In this document: piece by piece, positions 55,408-63,726 of the stretch
Layout: each line of letters begins with the position of its first letter
Numbering within the stretch: position 1 is the first letter of the stretch
From: Limisphaerales bacterium
Lineage (GTDB): Bacteria > Verrucomicrobiota > Verrucomicrobiia > Limisphaerales > SXTU01
NCBI GenBank assembly: GCA_040081795.1
Contig: JBEBFV010000001.1
Location: 959 to 64,958, forward strand
Length of the DNA stretch: 64,000 nt
Reading direction: 5' to 3'
Program-made: the position numbers and the translations under genes
The notes under the pieces: model-generated
Seen by the model: only the letters and a program-made list of their open reading frames with translations
What the model was told of the DNA's origin: nothing
Database searches by the model: none

Positions 55408-56337
55408 CTAGCCAGCCATCTCACGCCGAGCCTTGAGGAGGAAAAGGTTAGCCGACTCGTAGTCGGGGCGTTCGGGCAGTTTGGTCTCCGCTAGGGCGCG
55501 CTCAAAGTCCCGGTGGAGTTCCTGTCGCCATGCGTCCACGTCGGCCCAAGGCATCTCGCCGCGCTTGACCACAAGCAGTCGGTCGCGGTGGGCCTCGACG
55601 CGCACAGGGACGCGGGCCTCACGCAACGTGGCCGCGCCGGTGAGCAGCAGGCGCAGCAGGTGCATGGCGTGCTTCCATCGCACCGCGCCCTGGTTGCGGA
55701 TGTCCTGCTCGATCTTCTTGAACTGCGACATGGCGTAGCCGTTGAAGGTCTGGAAAATCATCTGGCTGAGGAAGCCTTGGCGCAGGGCCACCAGCTCCGC
55801 GCCCAACGGCGTGGCCTTTTCGACCAGCGGCGAATAGAGGCACTCCAGGATGTTGGGGTTGGCCTTGAGCGCCATGGTCAGGAACTTCTGCAATTCCCAG
55901 TAGCAGCTCTGCGAGGCGTTGTCCTCGAACTGCTCCGGCGCACCGAACAGCGACCATTGCAGGTCGGCGGGCGCAAGGTAGATGCCGCGCTGGTCGGTGT
56001 CGGAGTCGTCCTGGTCCAGCCCGTAGGCACGCGACCCGACGACGCAGCGGTAGATGATGAACTGTTCGAGGTCGAAGTCCGCCGTCGCCCCGCCGTCACC
56101 GAGGCGATCCTTGAAGTGCTTCAGGACTTCGAGCTGCGAGCGCTCCAGTGATTTCTCGAAGCCGTCGGGGAAGCGGACAAGGAACTGCACCTGATCGCCC
56201 GTAGGTGTGCGGGTGACGACCCCGACCGCGCCACGCGGATGGACAAGCGAGTTGTTCGTCCCCCGCACTTCCACCAGCGACACGACCTGCGTGCCCGCGA
56301 AGATGTTGTTGGGTTGATGTGACACAAGGCACCTCAT
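55408..56337 (-). CDS. RlaP-like nucleotidyltransferase, first gene of the RNA-repair operon
   Basis: VVGSRAYGLDQDDSDTDQRGIYLAP..YWELQKFLTMALKANPNILECLYSP matches the RNA-repair-pathway pol-beta family pattern. 309 aa. Confidence 0.7.
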   Translation of the reverse strand: MRCLVSHQPNNIFAGTQVVSLVEVRGTNNSLVHPRGAVGVVTRTPTGDQVQFLVRFPDGFEKSLERSQLEVLKHFKDRLGDGGATADFDLEQFIIYRCVVGSRAYGLDQDDSDTDQRGIYLAPADLQWSLFGAPEQFEDNASQSCYWELQKFLTMALKANPNILECLYSPLVEKATPLGAELVALRQGFLSQMIFQTFNGYAMSQFKKIEQDIRNQGAVRWKHAMHLLRLLLTGAATLREARVPVRVEAHRDRLLVVKRGEMPWADVDAWRQELHRDFERALAETKLPERPDYESANLFLLKARREMAG

Positions 56338-56376
56338 CTCAGAAGGGCTTGGGCTTTCTCTCCGATTCCAACCCGC

Positions 56377-56392
56377 CTGTCAAACTTGACAG
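56377..56392. promoter_or_regulatory. Candidate SOS box CTGTCAAACTTGACAG (CTGT-N8-ACAG, perfect palindrome)
   Basis: Located in the 88-bp divergent region between the RNA-repair operon (start 56337) and lexA (start 56426). Confidence 0.5.
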
Positions 56393-56406
56393 CCGCATCC
56401 TCTGGC

Positions 56407-56424
56407 ACTACTCAAGCGAGTAGT
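56407..56424. promoter_or_regulatory. Second palindrome ACTACTC-AAGC-GAGTAGT abutting the lexA start
   Basis: Perfect 7-4-7 inverted repeat ending 2 nt before ATG 56426. Confidence 0.35.
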
Positions 56425-56425
56425 A

Positions 56426-57046
56426 ATGGCCAAACTCACCAAACGACAGCAGCAGGTCCTCAGCTTCATCCAGTCGGCGCAGCAGCGCGGCCACGCCGTG
56501 CCCACCCTGCGGGAGATTGCCGCCCACTTCGGCTTCGCCAGCACGCGGGCCGCCGCCGACCACCTGGCCGCACTCAAACGCAAGAGCATGCTCGCCTCCA
56601 CTCCCGGCCAGGCGCGCTCGCTGCGCGTCATCACGCCCCTGCAAGCCCTGCGCAGGCTGGTGGTGGACATCCCGGTCTATGGCTCAATCCCCGCCGGGTT
56701 CGCCGACGACCGCAAGCAGGAGGCCAAGGGCTGCGTCTCCATTGACATCGAGACGCTGGGCATCAAGCCAACACCGCGCACCTTCGCGCTCGAAGTCCGG
56801 GGTGAGTCCATGGTCGGCAAACACATCATGGACGGCGACCTTGTGGTGCTGGAACACGGCATGACCCCGCGCCACGGCGACGTGGTGGCCGCGCTCATCG
56901 ACAACGAGAGCACGCTCAAGACGTTTCAGTTGAACCGGGGCAAGCCCTTCCTCCACGCCGAGAACCCCAAGTTCCCCGACCTCATCCCGGCGCAGGAGCT
57001 GGTCATTCAGGGGGTGATGGTGGCGCTCATCCGAAAGCGGAAATGA
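56426..57046 (+). CDS. lexA: LexA repressor
   Basis: Winged HTH (PTLREIAAHFGFASTRAAADHLAALKRKSML), an Ala-Gly cleavage site (SIPAGF), Ser (GESMVG) and Lys (LIRKRK). 206 aa. Confidence 0.9.
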   Translation: MAKLTKRQQQVLSFIQSAQQRGHAVPTLREIAAHFGFASTRAAADHLAALKRKSMLASTPGQARSLRVITPLQALRRLVVDIPVYGSIPAGFADDRKQEAKGCVSIDIETLGIKPTPRTFALEVRGESMVGKHIMDGDLVVLEHGMTPRHGDVVAALIDNESTLKTFQLNRGKPFLHAENPKFPDLIPAQELVIQGVMVALIRKRK

Positions 57047-57052
57047 CTCCCA

Positions 57053-60000
57053 GTGCCCCGCGTCATCGTTCATCTCGATGCCGACGCCTTCTTTGCGTCG
57101 GTGGAACAGGCGTCCGACACGCGCCTGCGTGGCAAGCCGGTCGCCGTCGGTGGTGAGAAGCGCGGCATCATCGCCTCTGCCAGCTATGAGGCCCGCAAGT
57201 TCGGCGTCTTCACGCCCATGCCCACCGTGCGGGCGCGCAAGCTCTGTCCCCAGCTCATCGTCCTGCCCGGCGACTTCGACAAGTATGAGCACTTCTCCCG
57301 GTGGATGTTCAGCTACGCGCAGGACTTCACTCCCGATGTCGAGATTGCGAGCATCGACGAGGGCTACTTCGACCTGAGCGCCGTGCGGAAGCCGCCGCTG
57401 AACGTGGCCGAGACCATCCGCACGGCCATCCGGCAGTCACTCAAGATTTCGGTCAGCGAGGGCATCGCCAGCAACAAGCTCGTCAGTCAGATTGCCTCCA
57501 AGCTGTCCAAGCCTGCCGCGTTCAGGGAGGTGCCCGCCGGGTTGGAAGTCCGCTTCATCCATCCGCTGCCCAACAAGTGGCTGCCCGGTGTCGGCCCCGC
57601 GACCGCGCAGCGGCTCGACGCCGCCGGGTTGGCCTGCATCCGCCACGTCGCGGCCACGCCCACGGACATGCTGCACCTGCTGGTGGGCAACCTGGCCCCG
57701 ACGCTCAAGGCGCACGCGGACGGCATTGACGAGCGCCCGGTGCTGCCGATGAGCGCCCCGGCCAAGTCCTACAGCCAGCAGCAGACCTTCGAGGTGGACC
57801 TCACGGACGAGGAGTTTGCCGAGGCGGTCCTCCGGCGCATGGCTGACGACCTGATGGCCAAGGTGCGGTCGGATGGCAAGAGCATCCGCACCCTCACCGT
57901 CAAGGTGCGCTACAACGACATGGGCGAGGACCAGTGTGGTGAGAGCCTGCTCGAACCGACCGACCTCGAAACGGATGTCTACGGCCGCTTGCACATCCTC
58001 TTCCGGCAGGCGTGGAAGCGGCGCGTCAGCCTGCGCCTCGTCTCCCTGAAGCTGTCGAATGTGTATGACGGCCTCTTCCGCGCTGAACTCGCCCTCGAAC
58101 GGTCAGCGGAGCAGCACGAGGCCCGGCGACGCTTGGCTGGCATCGTGGATGAGCTGCGCCGCGCACGCGGTCGTGACGTGGTGCTGCGCGGCCATGACTT
58201 CCGGTTGCGTGAGGCTCCGATGGACACGGCGAAGTTTCTGGAGCAGCAGAGCGCGCCGCGTGTGGTCGTGCGCGTGCCGGTGCGCCGAGTCACGCCGACC
58301 AGCTACGTGCCGCTGTCTGTTCACAGCGCCTACTCGTTCCTGAACTCGACGCTCAAGGTGGACGCCCTCGTGGCGCTGGCGAAGCGGCGCGGCCTCTCCG
58401 CCATCGCCCTCACGGACACCGGCAACCTGCACGGCGCGGTGGAGTTCACGCAGGCGGCCAAGCAGGCGGGCATCAAACCCATCCTCGGTGCGACGGTAAT
58501 GGTGGAGGGCCAGCTCGCCCGGCTCTACGTCCAGACTGCGACCGGCTACCAGAACCTCTGCCGCCTGCTCACGACGACCACGCCGCACGCGGAGTCCGAG
58601 GACGACCCCACCGAGCCGCGCCACGTTCACCTGCGTCTGTCACAGCTTGATGGCCTGAACGCCGGACTGCTCGCCGTCGGCGCGGACACGCGGCTGTCCT
58701 CCGTGTTCGATGACCGCTTCTGCCGGGCCGTCTCCAGCTTGGACGAGGCGAAGGCGGCCAGCAGTGCGCGGTGCGTGGCCGTGATGCCGGTTCACTACGC
58801 CGAGCGTGACGACCGTTGGCAGTGGAACATCGTGCAGAGCATCCGCACGCGCACGCTGCTGCGGCAGACGCATCCGGGGAAGCTACTCGATGGTGACTTC
58901 CACCTGCGGACCCCTGCGGAGATGACGGCCCTGTTCCGTGACTTCCCCGATGTCGTCGCCAACACGCTGGAGCTGGCCGAGCGTTGCCCGTTCGAGTTGC
59001 CGCTCGGTGCGCCGCAGTTCCCGGCATTCAAGCCGGAGGATGGCTCCACGCCCCGCGCTTACCTGCGGAAACTCGTGCTGGAAGGACTGCGCCGCCGTTA
59101 CCGTGACCGGGCGGATGCCATGCACGCGCAGGTGGACGAGGAGCTGGGCATCATCGCGGAGGTCGGCTACGAGGCCTACTTCCTCGTCGTCTGGGACATC
59201 CTGCAAGCGTGTCGGCAGCACGGCATCGAGTGGATTACCCGTGGCAGCGCGGCGGACTCGCTCGTGTGCTACTGCCTGGGCATCTCGGACGTGTGCCCCA
59301 TCCGGTTCGATCTCTACTTCAAGAGGTTCCTGAACAAGGAGCGCATGGCCATGAACAAGCTCCCGGACATCGACATTGATTTCGCGCACGACCGGAAGGA
59401 CGACGTGGTGGACCTCATCTTCGCCAAGTATGGCGCGGCGCACGCGGCGGTCGTGGGCGGCTTCTCGACTTTTCAGGCCCGCAGTGCCTTTGCCGAAATC
59501 GCCAAGGTGCTCGGTGTCGGGGAACGGGAGGTGCGCAAGTTCACCGACCACTTCCCCTGGAGCTTCGGCGGCGGCTGGGTGCCCAATGAGCCGACGCCCA
59601 GTGGCGGCACGGGCCTGATTGAGATGCTCAAGGCCAGCCCGGAGAACCGTGACCTACCCTTCGAGGAGGAGCCTTACCGGACGGCGCTGCTCATGGCCGA
59701 GTTCCTCGACGGGATGCCGCGCTACCCGAAGATGCACCCGTGCGGCGTGGTGCTCTCGTGCCAGCCGATGACGGAGCTGACGCCCACGTTCACCTCGAAC
59801 AAGGGACGCCCCACGACGCACTTCGACATGGACGCGGTCGAGGCCATCGGGCTGGTGAAGATTGACGTGCTGGCCCAGGGCGGGCTGGCCGCGATGCGGG
59901 ACGCCAGAGAGTCGTTGGCCCGGCGTGGCATCGAGGTTGACCTCGCCGGACTGGAGCCGTGGCAGGACAAGAACGTCTGGGAGATGCTGGCCAGCGGTGG

Positions 60001-61372
60001 AGGCCGGGCGGTGCATCACATCGAGTCACCGGCGATGATTGGCCTGAGCCGCCAGTGCAACGTGCGCGACATCGACGGTCTCGTAGCCATCGTCAGCGTC
60101 ATCCGGCCCGGCGCGGCCAACGAGGGCAAGAAGCAGTCGTTTGCCCGGCGGTATCAGGGCCTGGAGCCGGTCGTGTATCCGCACCCGTCACTGGAGGCGT
60201 GCCTCAAGAGCACGTTCGGGCTGGTCGTGTATGAGGAGCACATCCTGCAACTGTGCGAGGCCTTCGCCGGGCTGCCACCGGGCCGCGCCGACGTGTTGCG
60301 CCGGGCGCTGTCCAAATACAAGGCACCGCTCATAGAGACCATCCGCCAGGAGTTCTTCGCCTGCGCCAAGGCACGCGGCCACGAAGACGAGAAGATGGTT
60401 GAGGTCTGGCGGCTAGTGACCGGCTTCAGCGGCTACGCGTTCTGCAAGGCGCACAGCACGGCCTACGGGGTCGAGGCGTATCAGAGCGCGTGGCTGAAGC
60501 GCTACCACCCGGTTGAGTTCATGGCGGGCGTGCTGACCAACGGGAAGGGGTTCTATCACCCGCTGGTCTATGTCCTAGAGTGTCACCGGCTCGGCATCAC
60601 GTTGCTGCCACCGTGCGTGACCAGTCCCGGCCCGCAGTTCTCCGTCGAGGGCCAGTCCATCCGCGTGCCGCTGACCCGCGTGAAGGGACTTACCGGGCGC
60701 ACGACCGAACGCATCCTCGATGAGCATGGCCGGAGCGTGTTCACGTCCATGTCCGACTTCTACCGGCGCGTGCTGCCCACGCCCGACGAGCTGGAGGCGA
60801 TGATTCGGGTGGGTGCGTTCGACATCTTCGGCAAGACGCGCACGGCGCAGTTCTGGGAGTCCCGTCATCTTCACCACGCCTTCGGGGACAGCGGCACGAG
60901 CGCGCCGGGCCAGGGCTGGCTCCTGCCCCCACCCGCGACCGACCGGCTGCCTGCGGTGCCGTTGCAGGAGCCGACACGTCGCCAGCGGCTTGAGTGGGAG
61001 GCAGAGCTGCTCGACTTCACGGCCAGCGGCCATCCCCTCGAACTCCACGACCACATCGCGTGGGGCACCTACTGCCCGGTGAACCGGCTCGGCGAGCACA
61101 TCGGCCAGCAGGTCGTCGTGTGCGGCCTCATCATCGAGCAGCGCGTCCACCACCAAGTCACCGGCGAGCCGATGAAGTTCCTGACGCTCGCCGACTGGAC
61201 GGGCATGGTGGAGACGGAACTCTTCGCGCCAACGTATCGGAGCTATGGGCTGGCGACCGTGCGCTACCCCGTGCTCGCAATCACCGCGACCGTGGAGCCG
61301 TTCGAGAATGGCCGAGGCTTCTCCCTGCGCGTGCTGCACGCGGGCAAGCCTCGTCAGGGACACCAGCACTGA
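57053..61372 (+). CDS. dnaE2: Fusion protein: DinB-type Y-family polymerase (N-terminus) + DnaE2 error-prone Pol III alpha (C-terminus)
   Basis: One uninterrupted 1439-aa ORF. The first ~390 aa carry the Pol IV motifs LDADAFFASVEQ and SIDEGYFDLS. From ~aa 410 comes a PHP domain (LSVHSAYSFLNST..LTDTGNLHGAVEF), then GYEAYFLVVWDI, LPDIDIDFAH and the rest of a DnaE-type alpha subunit. Confidence 0.85.
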   Translation: MPRVIVHLDADAFFASVEQASDTRLRGKPVAVGGEKRGIIASASYEARKFGVFTPMPTVRARKLCPQLIVLPGDFDKYEHFSRWMFSYAQDFTPDVEIASIDEGYFDLSAVRKPPLNVAETIRTAIRQSLKISVSEGIASNKLVSQIASKLSKPAAFREVPAGLEVRFIHPLPNKWLPGVGPATAQRLDAAGLACIRHVAATPTDMLHLLVGNLAPTLKAHADGIDERPVLPMSAPAKSYSQQQTFEVDLTDEEFAEAVLRRMADDLMAKVRSDGKSIRTLTVKVRYNDMGEDQCGESLLEPTDLETDVYGRLHILFRQAWKRRVSLRLVSLKLSNVYDGLFRAELALERSAEQHEARRRLAGIVDELRRARGRDVVLRGHDFRLREAPMDTAKFLEQQSAPRVVVRVPVRRVTPTSYVPLSVHSAYSFLNSTLKVDALVALAKRRGLSAIALTDTGNLHGAVEFTQAAKQAGIKPILGATVMVEGQLARLYVQTATGYQNLCRLLTTTTPHAESEDDPTEPRHVHLRLSQLDGLNAGLLAVGADTRLSSVFDDRFCRAVSSLDEAKAASSARCVAVMPVHYAERDDRWQWNIVQSIRTRTLLRQTHPGKLLDGDFHLRTPAEMTALFRDFPDVVANTLELAERCPFELPLGAPQFPAFKPEDGSTPRAYLRKLVLEGLRRRYRDRADAMHAQVDEELGIIAEVGYEAYFLVVWDILQACRQHGIEWITRGSAADSLVCYCLGISDVCPIRFDLYFKRFLNKERMAMNKLPDIDIDFAHDRKDDVVDLIFAKYGAAHAAVVGGFSTFQARSAFAEIAKVLGVGEREVRKFTDHFPWSFGGGWVPNEPTPSGGTGLIEMLKASPENRDLPFEEEPYRTALLMAEFLDGMPRYPKMHPCGVVLSCQPMTELTPTFTSNKGRPTTHFDMDAVEAIGLVKIDVLAQGGLAAMRDARESLARRGIEVDLAGLEPWQDKNVWEMLASGGGRAVHHIESPAMIGLSRQCNVRDIDGLVAIVSVIRPGAANEGKKQSFARRYQGLEPVVYPHPSLEACLKSTFGLVVYEEHILQLCEAFAGLPPGRADVLRRALSKYKAPLIETIRQEFFACAKARGHEDEKMVEVWRLVTGFSGYAFCKAHSTAYGVEAYQSAWLKRYHPVEFMAGVLTNGKGFYHPLVYVLECHRLGITLLPPCVTSPGPQFSVEGQSIRVPLTRVKGLTGRTTERILDEHGRSVFTSMSDFYRRVLPTPDELEAMIRVGAFDIFGKTRTAQFWESRHLHHAFGDSGTSAPGQGWLLPPPATDRLPAVPLQEPTRRQRLEWEAELLDFTASGHPLELHDHIAWGTYCPVNRLGEHIGQQVVVCGLIIEQRVHHQVTGEPMKFLTLADWTGMVETELFAPTYRSYGLATVRYPVLAITATVEPFENGRGFSLRVLHAGKPRQGHQH

Positions 61373-61419
61373 GACTTGCAGGAAGGTGGGCAGCTTGCGC
61401 CCGAACGACCGGTAGTGTC

Positions 61420-61914
61420 CTAATTTGAAACTGCCCCGAATCCGAAGCCCTGTTTTCTCAGCATTTCAAACAGCTTCACACATGGAACGCCAAAGTGGTT
61501 GCACACCGATGGAATTTTTACACGATGCTTTGAGTTCTCGTGTTTCTCAAAAGTCACAACCGCGTGACGGTGGGCATGGGCGTGAGCAATCAGCCAGTAA
61601 TCCGCATCATTTAGGAACTCTGCCTTCGCCGCAGAACTGTAGGTGTTGTGACTGTCCAGCCAAACGGCAATTGCTTTGAGCGATTCGGCGGTTTTCTCGT
61701 CTGGTGGCAAAAAGAAGCCCAAACCGAGACTTTTCGACCAAACAGAAAGTTGGTCGGCGTGGCCTTGCAATTCCTCCATCACTTTTTCAACGCTATAGAC
61801 GTGCCCATCTTGGTTGGCCTTAATGAGCCAATCCCAATATGGCTTTGCCATGTCAAACGGGTAAAAGTCGTTCTTCGCCTGAATCAAAGTATTGCTGTCT
61901 AGCAGGTAAGCCAT
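61420..61914 (-). CDS. DUF4411-family (PIN-like) protein
   Basis: MAYLLDSNTLIQAKNDFYPFD..YWDWL.. is typical of DUF4411. The start is at an internal Met of ORF 61420..62010, 1 nt after the upstream stop. Confidence 0.7.
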   Translation of the reverse strand: MAYLLDSNTLIQAKNDFYPFDMAKPYWDWLIKANQDGHVYSVEKVMEELQGHADQLSVWSKSLGLGFFLPPDEKTAESLKAIAVWLDSHNTYSSAAKAEFLNDADYWLIAHAHAHRHAVVTFEKHENSKHRVKIPSVCNHFGVPCVKLFEMLRKQGFGFGAVSN

Positions 61915-61915
61915 G

Positions 61916-63049
61916 TCAGCACCCCAATCTCTTTGCCAACTCGTGGAACGTGTTGATGCTGCTAACCCCGACGAGTTGCATCGCCTCACGGTAGCTCGTT
62001 CCGCCTTCAAGGGCGCTTACAACCAAACTTCTCGTAAGGCGTCTGCCTGCGCGAATCGGAGCGCTCCTGTAGAAACTTCCTCCCGCCCCCTTTCGGTGGT
62101 ATCTGCGCACCTCGTTCGCGTAGATTTCTTTGAAACGCGGTTGGTCAATGAATCCAGCATCAAGCGCACGCCTAGCAGTAACCAATGTGCTGACCTTGAA
62201 CTGCCTGCCAAGCCGGACAACTTCGGAATAACTGTCTGCTTGAGTGCGCCAATGCACTCTAAACATTGCCATTGGTATCAGCAGTTCAGCTCCAACGGAA
62301 TTGCAATAGCGTTCAACGCTTTGATCGGGGGGCAGGCTGTCATCAAGATTGAAAACCACAGACTCTCCAATCCAAAGGTGAACAAGCTCGTGGGCCAATG
62401 TGAACAGTTGCGCTGCCTTGGAGTCGGCGGTGTTAATAAACAGAACCGGCGCATACTTGTCGCAAAGCGCGAATCCCCGAAAATCGCTCACAGAAATAGC
62501 CCTGCGCGTTGCGTTTCCAACGATGCTGCTTCGCATCACGACAATTCCAGCGTCCTCTGCCTCTTCGACATGGAGTTCAAGGCTTTCCTCCCAACTGCTC
62601 GCCCTGAATGAAATTTCTGGCCCAATGCTCAAGGTGGAGCGGATTACTTCTGCCGCCGTTTCAACCCGCGTATCTGGCCTCAAAGAGCCGATAAACGGCA
62701 GAGGTTCGTTGCCAGCCTTTTTCAGATGATCGCGATACCATTCCTGCCTGCGTTGGGCGTGGTAAATGACATCGAGCAGGTTGGGGCTTACTGTGGCTAC
62801 GCCGGAAACGGTTCTAAAATCCTTCACCGGCAGCTTCTCTACAGGCGGCTTTGGTAGGAAAAGATAACCAACCGGCGTGTGCGTCTTTTCGGCCAACGCC
62901 TCCACTTGCTTTAGGGAAAGGATGCCATCCATCTCCCACTCCACAACACGGGACACTTTCTTCCCCAACCTTTTTGCGAGTTCTTCGGGGCTTAACCCGG
63001 CCCTGATTCTCGCCCAGCGCAACACATTTGGCTCCAGGTTCGTATTCAT
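61916..63049 (-). CDS. XRE-HTH / ImmA-IrrE family zinc metallopeptidase
   Basis: N-terminal HTH (LRWARIRAGLSPEELAKRLGKKVSRVVEWE) and the HExxH motif TLAHELVHLWIGE. 377 aa. Confidence 0.85.
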   Translation of the reverse strand: MNTNLEPNVLRWARIRAGLSPEELAKRLGKKVSRVVEWEMDGILSLKQVEALAEKTHTPVGYLFLPKPPVEKLPVKDFRTVSGVATVSPNLLDVIYHAQRRQEWYRDHLKKAGNEPLPFIGSLRPDTRVETAAEVIRSTLSIGPEISFRASSWEESLELHVEEAEDAGIVVMRSSIVGNATRRAISVSDFRGFALCDKYAPVLFINTADSKAAQLFTLAHELVHLWIGESVVFNLDDSLPPDQSVERYCNSVGAELLIPMAMFRVHWRTQADSYSEVVRLGRQFKVSTLVTARRALDAGFIDQPRFKEIYANEVRRYHRKGAGGSFYRSAPIRAGRRLTRSLVVSALEGGTSYREAMQLVGVSSINTFHELAKRLGC

Positions 63050-63171
63050 TGGCGAGCTTCTTCCCTCATGTAGCGGGCGAGCAGCATATCAACCAAGCGC
63101 GAGCCTTTGTCGTTCCATCGTTTGACGGCAGCTTCCCAGACCGTGCCGTCAACAGAAACACAAATTTTCAC
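63046..63171 (-). CDS. Possible 41-aa ribbon-helix-helix-like protein (GTG start)
   Basis: My own translation gives VKICVSVDGTVWEAAVKRWNDKGSRLVDMLLARYMREEARQ*. The stop overlaps the ImmA start (ATGA-type). It is below the ORF-track size cut-off. Confidence 0.3.
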   Translation of the reverse strand: MKICVSVDGTVWEAAVKRWNDKGSRLVDMLLARYMREEARQ

Positions 63172-63347
63172 CTTGGAAGCCCCTTTTGGCCTTCCAACGC
63201 CGGGCCTACAACCGCCCGCTGCGGATGCACCGCCGCCGCCTCACCCCGTTGCTGTGCTGGAAATCCCGCCCGTGGAGTCGGCTCAAACCGCCGTGCGCGT
63301 CCAGATCGTCAAGGATGTGAAGTCTGGCTACTCCAAGTAACGAGAGC

Positions 63348-63446
63348 GGACGCGACCGGAGTCGAACCGGTATCAACCCCTTCTTCAAGCCACCACGCGG
63401 ATGGCCTGAAGCAGGGGGCCGCTCTGTCCATTTGAGCTACACGTCC
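63348..63446 (-). tRNA. tRNA-like gene with canonical acceptor, D and T arms but a ~34-nt hairpin in place of the anticodon loop (isotype unassignable)
   Basis: The sense strand reads GGACGTG-TA-GCTC-AAATGGACA-GAGC-G-GCCCC-[CTGCTTCAGGCCATCCGCGTGGTGGCTTGAAGAA]-GGGGT-TGAT-ACCGG-TTCGACT-CCGGT-CGCGTCC. The bracketed part extends the anticodon stem into an ~18-bp helix capped by CGCGT. No CCA is encoded. Confidence 0.55.
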
Positions 63447-63726
63447 ACAGCTACAGACGGCGCAACTGCTCAAAGCTTCAAATTCGGACACCACCGAATG
63501 AGCGGCTGTGTTGACAGCAGGGCGCTCGGCCACTAACAAGCAATCGGTGTGCGCGCTGGAAACCCCGTAGGAATATGGGCAGTGCCGGTTCCAGTGGCCA
63601 GTGGGACAGATGGGTGCAAGACCCATGGCGCAAACTCCGATTTCCTCTTTGGAGTGGGTGGTGGTGGCGTTGGTCAACGCGCTGGCCGTCAACGACAACT
63701 ATTCCGTCCGCAACGGGAACTGCGCG

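Noticed and set aside
63348-63446. Reading the tRNA-like gene as tRNA-Sec (a TCA triplet is present), as class II Ser/Leu, or as an allo-tRNA
   Set aside because: The TCA is not in a 7-nt loop closed by a stem. The acceptor/T stems are a canonical 7/5. No long variable arm separate from an anticodon arm can be drawn.
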